36,536 bases of DNA from Candidatus Omnitrophota bacterium (GCA_023819605.1 JAMWCB010000003.1:1-36536); one strand, 5' to 3'; counted from the first letter of the stretch, positions 10,494 through 19,671 are shown. Notes: generated by a model not told the origin, from the sequence alone. Numbers and translations are program-made.

Positions 10494-10711
10494 TTATTTT
10501 TTACCGGACGACCGACGCGCATCAACATGAAGACGCGTCGACTTCATCGCAGGACTAAAATGTCGTACCTCGACCAACGTGCCGCTCAGAAATTTGTGGA
10601 TTATGCCGGCAACGTATGTTTGATACGGCAAGCCCTCAGTTACTGCCCGTTTTTGCAATTCCGACAAATCTCTTTTTGCTTTTTTTCAGCATTCCAACGA
10701 AGGTGCTTCAT
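10494..10711 (-). pseudogene. Collapsed type II toxin-antitoxin relic (BrnT-like N-terminus joined to a CopG/RHH-like antitoxin C-terminus)
   Basis: ATG 10711 gives MKHLRWNAEKK. The -1 frame continues AKRDLSELQKRAVTEGLPYQTYVAGIIHKFLSGTLVE to TAA at 10494. Confidence 0.7.
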
Positions 10712-10854
10712 TATCCGACCTACAGCACAATATTAACCCATTGTCGGCATTCTGGCAATATAATCTTCCCTTACAATTCCCCTGTATCAAAACGTATCAA
10801 AACTAAAAAAACTTTAGGGAACTTCTAAAAATTAATTTTGTTATGAGGTTCCCG

Positions 10855-11154
10855 TTACTTATGCAGAAACTGCATCACATGAATCGTGATAATACTCACG
10901 CCGATCGCGACCCGGATGCAGCGCAGGAATTGCCGCCGGGGCGGCAGATCTTTCTGCCGGAAAATCTCCGCCAACGCCTCGCCGCTGAGGAAAAACCCAA
11001 TCAAAAACGCGACAATATCTATGGTGATCGGATCAAGATAGCTAGCGCATTGCACGGTTTTATTCGCCTGGCTCTGAATCATATATGCGCACGCCGCCCC
11101 GCCTGCCGATAAACCGCCGGTCAACCAGAGTGTTTTTTTCAGATTATCCATCAT
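10855..11154 (-). CDS. Small hypothetical membrane protein, possibly the last gene of the KamA operon
   Basis: 99 aa with three hydrophobic segments; GAAGGGGGG RBS; 28 bp downstream of the GNAT gene. Confidence 0.7.
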   Translation of the reverse strand: MMDNLKKTLWLTGGLSAGGAACAYMIQSQANKTVQCASYLDPITIDIVAFLIGFFLSGEALAEIFRQKDLPPRRQFLRCIRVAIGVSIITIHVMQFLHK

Positions 11155-11182
11155 CCCCCCTTCGCGATAGCGATCCGCCGCC

Positions 11183-11653
11183 TCAGATTATTTTTTTTGA
11201 AAAAATCAACAAATCATCGTGCGCGCTGTAAAAACCGGAAATGCGGCCGACCAGCGCATAACCGTTTTTCTCGTAGAGCTTACAAGCCGGACCATATTCC
11301 GCGCGCGAAGACGTTTCAATGCGCACCACGGATTGCTGCGCGAAGAGTTGTTCGCGCATATGCGCTTCCGCCTGAGCGATCAAGCGCGTACCGATACCGC
11401 GGCTCTGGATTTTTTTATCGACAACCACCCAATAAATATCCCAGGCTGCCGCCGTCAAGGGAGTGCGGCCATAAAGAATAAATCCGGCCGTGCGGCCGTC
11501 CACCGCTTCTTCCCGGTAAAAATATTTTTTTTCGCCGTTATTCCGGTAATCTTCCAGGATTTCCCGCAATATATCCGTCTCATGCGCGCCGAAGACGCCG
11601 GTTTCCTGCGCCATTTTTACCAAAGCAAAAATTTTCGCTTCATCGATGAGCAC
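11183..11653 (-). CDS. GNAT family N-acetyltransferase
   Basis: YWVVVDKKIQSRGIGTRL acetyl-CoA motif, IETSSRAEY, LYEKNGY; likely GTG start at 11653 overlapping the upstream stop. Confidence 0.88.
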   Translation of the reverse strand: MLIDEAKIFALVKMAQETGVFGAHETDILREILEDYRNNGEKKYFYREEAVDGRTAGFILYGRTPLTAAAWDIYWVVVDKKIQSRGIGTRLIAQAEAHMREQLFAQQSVVRIETSSRAEYGPACKLYEKNGYALVGRISGFYSAHDDLLIFSKKII

Positions 11654-12641
11654 CGCACACCGCCTGTTCAATAATTTTTTGAATGACCTCCGTAAATAAC
11701 CATCCCCGCGCGGCCGCCTGCCGCATAAAACCGCTGTCGTCGTTGATATCCGGATTGGGATTGACGTCGATGACCGCCAGCTCGCCGCCCCGCGCGCGCA
11801 GATCAACCCGGCAATACCCGCGGCAGCCCAACGCCTGCGCCGCCGCAGCGGCAAACCGCCCGATACGCTGCCGCGCCGCCGTTGGGATATCCGCCTGCGG
11901 CGAAGGCGTCAGCTTTCGATATTCCACACTGGCCGTATCCCATTTCGCGGCGTAGGTAAAAAACGGCCGGCATTGCGGCGCCGCCGCGAAATCCATCACC
12001 GAAATTCCCACCTGCTCGTACGGCGCGCTGCCGAGCAACCCGACGTTATACTCCACCCCGTCAAAAAATTCCTCCACGATCAAGCCGGCCGGGTGATTTT
12101 TTAATTTTTTTTCGATGCCGGCGCGGGCGGATTGCCGGTCGCCGGCCCATGATTCCGCGTCAATCCCGACGCTGCCGTCTTCGGCGCCGGGTTTGATAAA
12201 TAACGGGTACCGTAATTGCGTATCGCTAAACTCATCCAACCGCCGGACCAGCACGCCGGCGGGAACCGGGATACCCTGCCGGCGAAGCTCCTCTTTTGCC
12301 TGATGTTTCTGCAGGCACACTGCTAATGCGGCGGAACCGTTGCCGGTAAACGGAATCCGTGTTTCTTCCAGGAGGCGCGCAAAAACGACTTCCTGGCCGG
12401 AATCATCGCAAAACCCTTCAAAGAGATTAAAAATACACAGCGGCGAATTTTGCCGCAACCGAGCAACCAGCGACGCGCCGTTTTCTTTCAGATCATGCAC
12501 GCGCACGGCAAACAGCTCGGCGGCATACCCGCGCTGCCGCGCGGCGTCCAGCACATTGCGGGCGCAGCGCAGCGCGTCCGCCGTATCCGGACGAAATGCT
12601 TGCTCTTCGGCAACCGTGACTAAAAGCTTTTTCTTGTTCAT
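11640..12641 (-). CDS. ATP-grasp ligase, D-Ala-D-Ala ligase-like (copy 2)
   Basis: FNLFEG, IPFTG, YPLFIKPGAEDGSVGI, IVEEF, YCRVDLR, IDVNPNP; lacks the canonical Ddl GGxSxEH and LHGxxGEDG motifs. Confidence 0.9.
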   Translation of the reverse strand: MNKKKLLVTVAEEQAFRPDTADALRCARNVLDAARQRGYAAELFAVRVHDLKENGASLVARLRQNSPLCIFNLFEGFCDDSGQEVVFARLLEETRIPFTGNGSAALAVCLQKHQAKEELRRQGIPVPAGVLVRRLDEFSDTQLRYPLFIKPGAEDGSVGIDAESWAGDRQSARAGIEKKLKNHPAGLIVEEFFDGVEYNVGLLGSAPYEQVGISVMDFAAAPQCRPFFTYAAKWDTASVEYRKLTPSPQADIPTAARQRIGRFAAAAAQALGCRGYCRVDLRARGGELAVIDVNPNPDINDDSGFMRQAAARGWLFTEVIQKIIEQAVCGAHR

Positions 12642-13648
12642 GACCGCGCACAGCCGCAGCGAGCCAAGGAAAGCGCGAGCAATTCCTGCACAAAAACGCT
12701 GAAATCACGCCGGTGCAAGCCGCACATAAGCATCAAATCGCTATAGTTGGGGGAAAGCCCGGGCAACGGATTGATGTCGATAATTTTCGGAACGCCGGCG
12801 GCATCCAGACGAAAATCGATCCGGGCGATATCCTTAAGTTCCAACGCGCGGAACGCTGCCTGCGCGAACGCCTTGATCATCTGCGTTGTTTCGCGGGGCA
12901 AAATTTCCTCGGCCTTTTCATATTTTATTTTTTCCTGCCACGCGCGTTTATGTTCCAACGAATAGACAAAAAATGCGTTCGCGGTATGCCGCGGCGAAAT
13001 CCGCATCATGCCCACAATCATCGGCTCGGCATTGCCATACACCCCGACCGTCACTTCATCGCCGGGAAGAAATTCCTCGATCAGCGCCGGCTGGCCGTAC
13101 TGCTCCCGGATAAACGCCGTTTTTTTTTCGATGGCGGAATAGTCTGCCGCGACCGAATCCGAAAAAATCCCTTTCGACGATCCCTCCCAGCGGGGCTTGA
13201 CGATAAACCGTCTGCCGTCAAAACCGGCGGCCTGCCGTTTAAGATCGGCCGGCCCGGCAGCCATAACCATATCCGGCACCGGCACACCGGCGTGCTTAAG
13301 CATGACATTGGCCAGATATTTATCGAGGGCTATTCCCAAGGCAATCGCGTCGGAACCGAAGTAAGGTATCTGCAGCCATTCCAGAAGACAGGGGATTTGC
13401 GACTCCCGGCCGCGCGTTTTTCCGCGGCCTTCGGCAATATTCAAAACGAATTCCGGCTTTTCGCTGCGCAGGCGCGCGAACACCGTTTCATCCTGTTCCA
13501 GCCGGACCGCGGTATATCCCATTTTTTCAATTTGCCGCTGGAGGAATTCTATGGTTTCTATTTCGTCGTATTCCTCGTCGCAATCGCCGCCGGAATGTTC
13601 GCGGCGCAAATTATAGGTGATCCCGATACGGCGGATCTGTTTATTCAC
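12638..13648 (-). CDS. ATP-grasp ligase, D-Ala-D-Ala ligase-like (copy 1)
   Basis: IGITYNLR..EEYD, LNIAEG..RESQIP, IVKPRWEGSSKGI, LIEEFLPG, ARIDFRLD, IDINPLPGL; ATGA overlap with the next gene. Confidence 0.9.
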   Translation of the reverse strand: MNKQIRRIGITYNLRREHSGGDCDEEYDEIETIEFLQRQIEKMGYTAVRLEQDETVFARLRSEKPEFVLNIAEGRGKTRGRESQIPCLLEWLQIPYFGSDAIALGIALDKYLANVMLKHAGVPVPDMVMAAGPADLKRQAAGFDGRRFIVKPRWEGSSKGIFSDSVAADYSAIEKKTAFIREQYGQPALIEEFLPGDEVTVGVYGNAEPMIVGMMRISPRHTANAFFVYSLEHKRAWQEKIKYEKAEEILPRETTQMIKAFAQAAFRALELKDIARIDFRLDAAGVPKIIDINPLPGLSPNYSDLMLMCGLHRRDFSVFVQELLALSLARCGCARS

Positions 13649-13671
13649 CGGCTGCCTCCCTGATTCAGATG

Positions 13672-13700
13672 AAAGGGGAATGTCTCAGACATTCCCCTTT
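13672..13700. terminator. Perfect inverted repeat between kamA and the first ligase (stabiliser or partial terminator)
   Basis: AAAGGGGAATGTCT-C-AGACATTCCCCTTT; only a short U-run on the coding strand. Confidence 0.6.
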
Positions 13701-13729
13701 ACCTGCACACGAATCCTCATACGGCGTTC

Positions 13730-14899
13730 TTATCCCTGAGGATTATAGTACTGGATCACCTCATTTTTATAATTACGCAGGGTAACCTGATCTTTGGCCA
13801 GGGAGATCAGATAATTCGGCCCCAGCGGAATCTTGCCTTTGCCTTCGGTGCCGTCAACCACGAACGTCGGGATGCACATACCGCTGGTATGCCCGCGCAG
13901 CTTTTCGATAATCTCAATGCCCTGGTACACGGACGTGCGGAAGTGATTGGCCCCGACCACCGGGTCGCACTGATACAAATAATACGGCCGCACGCGAATG
14001 GCCTGCAGCTTCTGCATGAGCTGTTTCATGACGTCCGGATTGTCGTTGACGCCTTTAAGCAGCACCGCCTGGTTGCTCAACGGAATACCGCAACGCTGCA
14101 GTTTCCGGCAGGCTTCCGCCGCCTGCGGCGTGACTTCCGCCGGATGGTTAAACTGCACATTGATCCAGAGATTTTCATATTTTTCCAGGATACGGCAGAG
14201 CATGGCATCGATCCGCTGCGGATTGACCACCGGCGTGCGCGTGCCGATGCGCATGACTTCTACGCTTTTAATCTGCCGGATTGCCGAAAGAATATAATCC
14301 AAGCGTTCCGAATGCAGCGTCAACGGATCTCCGCCGGAGACAATAATTTCCCGGATCTGCGGCTTATCTTTGACATAGCGCAGCGCCTGATCGATTTCGC
14401 GCAGCGACGGCTCGGCATTTTTCGCTTTCCACAAACGCTTGCGGGTGCAATGCCGGCAATACATGAAACACCGCCCGGTAACCAAAAGCAGCGCCCGATC
14501 CGGATAACGATGGACCAGAAACGGCGTCACCGATGTTTTCTCTTCCGCCAACGGATCCATCGTTTCATGCTCGTTCTCCCGGATTTCCTCCAGGGACGGA
14601 ACGCATTGCCGGCGAATCGGGTCATGCGGATCCATAACATCTTTGATCAACGACAGATAATACGGCGTAATCAGCATTTGGTACGATTTTATCACCTGCT
14701 TGAGCGCGATTTTTACCTGTTCATTTAACGGGAGATACTTGGCAAGTGCTTCGATACTGGCGATAGGATGCCGAACTTCTTGGGTGGACGAAGGTATTTC
14801 TTTTAGGCAAAGCTTCGTACTCGGAGGCTCTTCAAAGTTAGGCTCCGGAGGTTCCTCTGACTTCTGTTCTGTTTTTTTCACCAACTTTTCATTTTCCAC
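13730..14899 (-). CDS. kamA: KamA-family radical SAM aminomutase (lysine 2,3-aminomutase-like)
   Basis: HRYPDR, CFMYCRHCTRKR (CxxxCxxC), SGGDPL, RIGTRTPV, PYYLYQCD, RGHTSG, VVDGTEGKGKIP (PLP lysine); AAGGAG RBS and GTG start. Confidence 0.93.
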   Translation of the reverse strand: MENEKLVKKTEQKSEEPPEPNFEEPPSTKLCLKEIPSSTQEVRHPIASIEALAKYLPLNEQVKIALKQVIKSYQMLITPYYLSLIKDVMDPHDPIRRQCVPSLEEIRENEHETMDPLAEEKTSVTPFLVHRYPDRALLLVTGRCFMYCRHCTRKRLWKAKNAEPSLREIDQALRYVKDKPQIREIIVSGGDPLTLHSERLDYILSAIRQIKSVEVMRIGTRTPVVNPQRIDAMLCRILEKYENLWINVQFNHPAEVTPQAAEACRKLQRCGIPLSNQAVLLKGVNDNPDVMKQLMQKLQAIRVRPYYLYQCDPVVGANHFRTSVYQGIEIIEKLRGHTSGMCIPTFVVDGTEGKGKIPLGPNYLISLAKDQVTLRNYKNEVIQYYNPQG

Positions 14900-14954
14900 A
14901 GTTTGCTCCTTGGTTAGTTGCTTTCCCTGCGCACTTCCTGTGCGCTCAAGAATA

Positions 14955-14983
14955 GATATTAATTATTTTTAATTAATTGTCAA
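14955..14983 (-). promoter_or_regulatory. Promoter of the kamA cassette with an AT-rich palindromic operator
   Basis: TTGACA followed directly by ATTAATT-AAAAAT-AATTAAT covering the spacer and a TAATAT -10 candidate. Confidence 0.6.
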
Positions 14984-15017
14984 GCATTTCAAAAATTTTT
15001 TCCGTCCGGCTGCCGCA

Positions 15018-16748
15018 TCAACGCGCCGGCCGATCCCGGCTAACCGTGGGAACGAACGGTTCCGGCATCGCCGCCGCCGGCAGGCCGAGTATTTCGCGCG
15101 CCCGGTGCAACGCATGATCGATATGGCTGGTAATATTTTCCTGTCCGATGGTATCCAGCAATCCCGCTTTGGTCATCGCGAACAACGGCTGGGTATGCAC
15201 ACCGGAAAGGACCAGCGCCGTTCCATCCCGCCGCGCAGTATCATATAAATCCTCCAGCGCTTTCAAACCCGAGGCATCGATGGACAAAACATCGCGCATG
15301 CGCAAAATAAAAACCTTGGGTTTTTCCCGGTCAAACCGCACCATGCTCTTAAACGTATCGACCACCCCGAAGAAAAACGCGCCGTAGATTTCAAATACTT
15401 CCACCCCCGCCGGAATCACTCGTTTATCCACGGCATTGGGGTCTTCGGCGTCATCCTCTTCCTGCAACGACTTCGTGATATACCCGGCTTGCGTGACCTC
15501 CGACATGCGGTACATGAACAGGAACGCCGCCAGCACCACGCCGGTTTGAATCGCCACGGTCAGATCAATGAGCACGGTCAGAAAAAATGTCAGCAGCAAC
15601 AGCACAATATCGCTGCGCGGGCAACGGAACAACTTAATAAATAAATGCAGTTCGCTCATGTTGTAGGCAACGATGATCAGGATAGCGGCAAGCGCCGGCA
15701 TCGGAATAAGTCCGGCCAACCGCCCCAAAAAAACCATGATCAACAGCAACGTCACGGCATGCACGATACCGGCCACCGGGGTCTGAGCGCCGTTTTTAAT
15801 ATTCGTCGCCGTACGCGCGATCGCGCCGGTAGCGGGAATCCCCCCGAAAAACACCGACGCGATATTCGCAATCCCCTGCGCGAGAATTTCCGCATTGGAA
15901 CGATGCCGGCGGCCGGTCATCCCGTCAGCCACCACGGCGGAAAGCAAGGATTCAATGCCGGCAAGCAAAGCGATCGTCACCGCCGGATGAAACATTTTCC
16001 GGATCAATTCCCCGGTGATGACCGGCAGCTGCGGCACCGGCAGGGAATTCGGCACGCCACCGAAACGCGACGCAATGGTTTCCACCGGCAAATGAAAAAC
16101 CTGCACGACGAGGGTAGTCAAGACAATTGCCGCCAAAGAACCGGGCAGTTTCGGAACAAAACGCGGCCAGTAAATAATCACACCCAGGGCCAGCGCACCG
16201 ATAACCAGCGCCCAGGGATTGGCTGTGTGGCTGTATTCAAGATACACGGTAATTTTGTCGAGAAACTCAGCCGGAACCTGCTCGATCCGCAAGCCAAAAA
16301 AATCTTTCACCTGGGAAGTAAATATGATCAACGCGATACCGCTGGTAAACCCGATGGTCACCGGATACGGGATAAATTTAATGAACGAACCGACGCGCAT
16401 CATGCCCATAATGATCAATATCATGCCGGCGAGCAATGTCGCCACCGCCAATCCCGCATAACCGTACTGCGCAACAATGCCGTACACAATCACGATAAAC
16501 GCGCCGGTCGGACCGCCGATTTGGAACCGGCTGCCGCCGAGCGCCGAGATAATAAAACCCGCGACGATCGCCGTATAAAGCCCCTGCTCCGGCCGCACGC
16601 CGGAGGCGATCGCAAACGCGATCGCCAGCGGCAGCGCGACAATCCCGACAATAACGCCGGCGCCCAAATCCGCGATGAATGTTTTTAACGAATAGCCTTC
16701 CCGGATAACCGTAACCAATTTCGGCAATAACGATGAATGGTATTGCAT
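15018..16748 (-). CDS. sulP: SulP/SLC26 anion transporter with STAS domain
   Basis: DLGAGVIVGIVALPLAIAFAIASG, QIGGPTGAF, PATGAIARTATN, C-terminal STAS (GAFFFG..IDASG). Confidence 0.96.
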   Translation of the reverse strand: MQYHSSLLPKLVTVIREGYSLKTFIADLGAGVIVGIVALPLAIAFAIASGVRPEQGLYTAIVAGFIISALGGSRFQIGGPTGAFIVIVYGIVAQYGYAGLAVATLLAGMILIIMGMMRVGSFIKFIPYPVTIGFTSGIALIIFTSQVKDFFGLRIEQVPAEFLDKITVYLEYSHTANPWALVIGALALGVIIYWPRFVPKLPGSLAAIVLTTLVVQVFHLPVETIASRFGGVPNSLPVPQLPVITGELIRKMFHPAVTIALLAGIESLLSAVVADGMTGRRHRSNAEILAQGIANIASVFFGGIPATGAIARTATNIKNGAQTPVAGIVHAVTLLLIMVFLGRLAGLIPMPALAAILIIVAYNMSELHLFIKLFRCPRSDIVLLLLTFFLTVLIDLTVAIQTGVVLAAFLFMYRMSEVTQAGYITKSLQEEDDAEDPNAVDKRVIPAGVEVFEIYGAFFFGVVDTFKSMVRFDREKPKVFILRMRDVLSIDASGLKALEDLYDTARRDGTALVLSGVHTQPLFAMTKAGLLDTIGQENITSHIDHALHRAREILGLPAAAMPEPFVPTVSRDRPAR

Positions 16749-16769
16749 AACCTGTTCCGCTCCTTCCTC

Positions 16770-16803
16770 AAAAAAACACCTCGCAGCATACCAGCTGCGA
16801 GGT
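16770..16803 (-). terminator. Terminator-like hairpin directly upstream of the sulP RBS
   Basis: ACCTCGCAGC-TGGTAT-GCTGCGAGGT-GTTTTTTT, then GAGGAAGGAG. Confidence 0.6.
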
Positions 16804-16867
16804 AAGAATAGTTTATCGCATCACGTTTTATTTTTCCAGTATTTTTTGTGTTTTTTTTGTATTTCCC

Positions 16868-16896
16868 TTGCGCTACCCCCGGCTCTACTATATACT
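16868..16896 (+). promoter_or_regulatory. Putative sigma70 promoter of the plus-strand secreted protein gene
   Basis: TTGCGC-17 nt-TATACT. Confidence 0.5.
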
Positions 16897-16945
16897 TTTA
16901 ACGTCGATTGCCTGAAGCATGTTACGTAACAGACGCCATCGGATT

Positions 16946-17782
16946 ATGAAACGCTGCGCAATTATCCTCATCGGTGGTTTATTCTATGCGGCGGCCGCGC
17001 CGGCCGCCCAAGCGCCGACAACAGCGAAAGAGCCGCTGCCGTCCGGCGAATGTGCAACCCTTGCGCCACAATTGACCATCCAGCCGATCGCAACAACGTT
17101 CACACGTTCTGCCCGGCGCGGCCGTCCGGCGCCGGAATTTCAAAACCCCTCCGTTTCAAAAACTTACCGCAGAATTCTCAGCGCGCAAGAAAGCAAGATT
17201 TTGCGCCAGGTGGAAAAAATGTTGATCGATTGGTTCAACACTGCGGCAGAAAAAGAATCGCTCGCGGCGCTAACAGATAGTTTCGAGAATGCGCGCGCCG
17301 GTAAACGCAGAGAGTCGTTATTCAACGAACTTGCCGACACGACCCGGCATTATTATCAAACAATTTTTCAAAAAATATTTTATTACCATGCGCAGCGCAT
17401 TTTGCATCGCTACGGCACCGTACGCACTCTACCCGCGGACGCCACGGAACTCGCCCGCCTGCTCGACCGAGAAGACCAAACGCCTCTATCCGATCTTGCC
17501 AAAGAAGCCCCGGAACAACTCATTCGCGAAACACTTACCCAGCGCATCGATTATTCCCGTTCGCAGCCAGGCAAAGTTCAGAGCAAAAAACTACAATCGA
17601 TCGTAAAAACCATTACCATCGACCCTAACGCATCTTTTGACCTATTGCTCGCGCTGCTGCCGGCGGACGAAGCCGCACGATTACGCCGGGAGCGTGACCA
17701 CGGGAACGGCACCAACAAAAAAATTTCTCCGCAAGTACTATCCCCTCTCCAGGCGAACCACGTTGTGGAAAAATCTCTATAA
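16946..17782 (+). CDS. Hypothetical secreted helical protein
   Basis: MKRCAIILIGGLFYAAAAPAA signal peptide (alternative start 16919); fills the gap between sulP and treT; no recognisable domain. Confidence 0.8.
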   Translation: MKRCAIILIGGLFYAAAAPAAQAPTTAKEPLPSGECATLAPQLTIQPIATTFTRSARRGRPAPEFQNPSVSKTYRRILSAQESKILRQVEKMLIDWFNTAAEKESLAALTDSFENARAGKRRESLFNELADTTRHYYQTIFQKIFYYHAQRILHRYGTVRTLPADATELARLLDREDQTPLSDLAKEAPEQLIRETLTQRIDYSRSQPGKVQSKKLQSIVKTITIDPNASFDLLLALLPADEAARLRRERDHGNGTNKKISPQVLSPLQANHVVEKSL

Positions 17783-17793
17783 CCAAAAAAATA

Positions 17794-19005
17794 TCACAAC
17801 CGTACTACGTCGTTTTCATAATACATGGACAAGAACAGCAAGAGGTAATCCCGCACATGACGGGTCAAGAGAAAATTATTCCGCACATGCTCGCGCCCGT
17901 TTTTTCCCAACTGTTGCGCATAGGCCGGACTATTCAGCAACTGCTTTACGGCAAACGCCGCGCCTTCGATGGAATGGCAGAGCAGCCCGGAATATTTATG
18001 GGTAATCTGCAAGGGAATACCGCCGACCGCCGATGCGACGACCGGCTTGCCTTTCCAGAGGGCTTCCGAAACGGTAAGCCCGAAACCTTCCTTGAGGGAT
18101 TTTTGCATAATCACATCCGAAGCCCGCTGCAGCGCGTTAATTAATAAATCATCCTGCGGCAACAGGAGAATATGTATATCCGGATCCTTGCCCGCCTGTT
18201 CGCGGACTTCCGCCAAGACTTCCAATCCTTCCGGATCGTCGGCGGCAGTGCCGCCGGCCAAAATCAATTGACAGTCGATATGCTTTTTTACCAACTGATA
18301 AACCTTGAGGACTCCCAGCGGATCTTTTAACCGGTCGAAGCGGGAAATTTGGGTAATGATCGGTTTGTCCCGCACAAGACCGTGCTGCCGGATCATCCGT
18401 TCGACGGTTTCTTCCGGCAACTCACGATTTTTATCGCTCAACGGGTCTATGGACGGCGTAATCAAAAACTGCCGGATCGGCAGCGGCCGGGAAAACGACG
18501 GCGAAGAAAACACGCAGCCGTCGTACCGGCGGATAAATCCCATGAGAAACTGCCATACCCCGTCGTCCGGATGCGACACGTCCACATGGCAGCGCCAAAT
18601 CCATTTATTCGACTGTTTTTTTTCAACGAGCATGATCGGCTGGGGATCGTGGATAAACACCACATCGCCGTAAATATTCAACGCGGCGTTATTTTTTCTG
18701 CCGGTATCCAGAAAAATATCGAAATCATCGCGCGTGATCACTTCCGCGCGCCCGTGCAGCGCGTTATGAAATTTCTTCGTCACGCCGAAAAACTGCTCGC
18801 CGCCTTTAATCACGTCCCAACCCGCGCGCACACCCAATTCCTGCAGCAACGGCACCATGCGGTTTAAAATCTCCGCTACGCCGCCGCCCACGGCGGTCGA
18901 ATTGACATTCTGAACCGCCTTGCCGTCGAGCCGTTCGCCCAACCGGCGCAAATCATCGATCACCGCCTGCCCGACAATCGGGACATATTCCGTTAAGTGC
19001 GCCAT
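17794..19005 (-). CDS. treT: Trehalose glycosyltransferring synthase (GT4)
   Basis: VNSTAVGGGVAEIL, TKKFHNALHG, IHDPQP, WRCHVD, PSIDPLSDKN, QISRFDRLKDP, EGFGLTVSEALWK. Confidence 0.93.
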   Translation of the reverse strand: MAHLTEYVPIVGQAVIDDLRRLGERLDGKAVQNVNSTAVGGGVAEILNRMVPLLQELGVRAGWDVIKGGEQFFGVTKKFHNALHGRAEVITRDDFDIFLDTGRKNNAALNIYGDVVFIHDPQPIMLVEKKQSNKWIWRCHVDVSHPDDGVWQFLMGFIRRYDGCVFSSPSFSRPLPIRQFLITPSIDPLSDKNRELPEETVERMIRQHGLVRDKPIITQISRFDRLKDPLGVLKVYQLVKKHIDCQLILAGGTAADDPEGLEVLAEVREQAGKDPDIHILLLPQDDLLINALQRASDVIMQKSLKEGFGLTVSEALWKGKPVVASAVGGIPLQITHKYSGLLCHSIEGAAFAVKQLLNSPAYAQQLGKNGREHVRNNFLLTRHVRDYLLLFLSMYYENDVVRL

Positions 19006-19008
19006 CGG

Positions 19009-19671
19009 TCACCTCGCCGTTGTCTTTTGGATTATCTGAAGAATCGCCGCGCGCAACCCGTCCAGCGTGAACGTGTACGGATCTATCCGCGCTATTTTTT
19101 CCGCCGCCTCCGTCTGCCCCAAAGAATCGGCCAGCCAGTTTGAAAAATCGTTATTTCCTTTTTCAAGGCGCAGGCGCGCTTCAAACATATGGAAATAAAT
19201 CACCGGCAGGCTGACCGCCGCCAGTGCCGCGGTAAACTCCGCGAGCGTGCGCGCGAAAATTCCGGTCGGGACAATGAAACTTACGGATTTAATCACCTGA
19301 AACTCTTCCCCGCCGCGGCAGGCGCGCTCGCGAGCCGCCGGATTGCGCCCCAGATAATCTTCCAGGAGAAAAATAAACCGTTCGCGCACCGCGCGAATCG
19401 TCGGATAATCGATAATATTGACGCTGGCCAACTGCTCGGCCAATTCGTCTTCGCCCAACGCTTCCCGCACCCAGTACGCGAAATCATTCGGCGGCTCGGG
19501 CGAAACAAAGAGATGCTGCTGCAAAAACCGGTGCGTGTGATGATACATACACGCGCCCGGAACTTCCCGCAACAGGGCCAACAATTCTCCGGCGGTCGAC
19601 GCTTTCAAGCCGGTCAGTTCCGACAAATTAAACCGCGTGTAAAATTGAAACGGTTCCCGCTCCATATTCAC
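19009..19671 (-). CDS. DUF5752-like protein, a common TreT partner
   Basis: Duplicated motif YHH..NDFAYW / YFH..NDFSNW; adjacent to treT. Confidence 0.8.
   Translation of the reverse strand: MNMEREPFQFYTRFNLSELTGLKASTAGELLALLREVPGACMYHHTHRFLQQHLFVSPEPPNDFAYWVREALGEDELAEQLASVNIIDYPTIRAVRERFIFLLEDYLGRNPAARERACRGGEEFQVIKSVSFIVPTGIFARTLAEFTAALAAVSLPVIYFHMFEARLRLEKGNNDFSNWLADSLGQTEAAEKIARIDPYTFTLDGLRAAILQIIQKTTAR

Noticed and set aside
11640-13648. Calling the ligases housekeeping ddl or vancomycin-resistance ligases
   Set aside because: D-Ala-binding motifs are missing and there is no mur or van context.
13730-14899. Calling KamA epmB or a lysine-fermentation enzyme
   Set aside because: No efp/epmA or kamDE/kdd/kce neighbours in the window.
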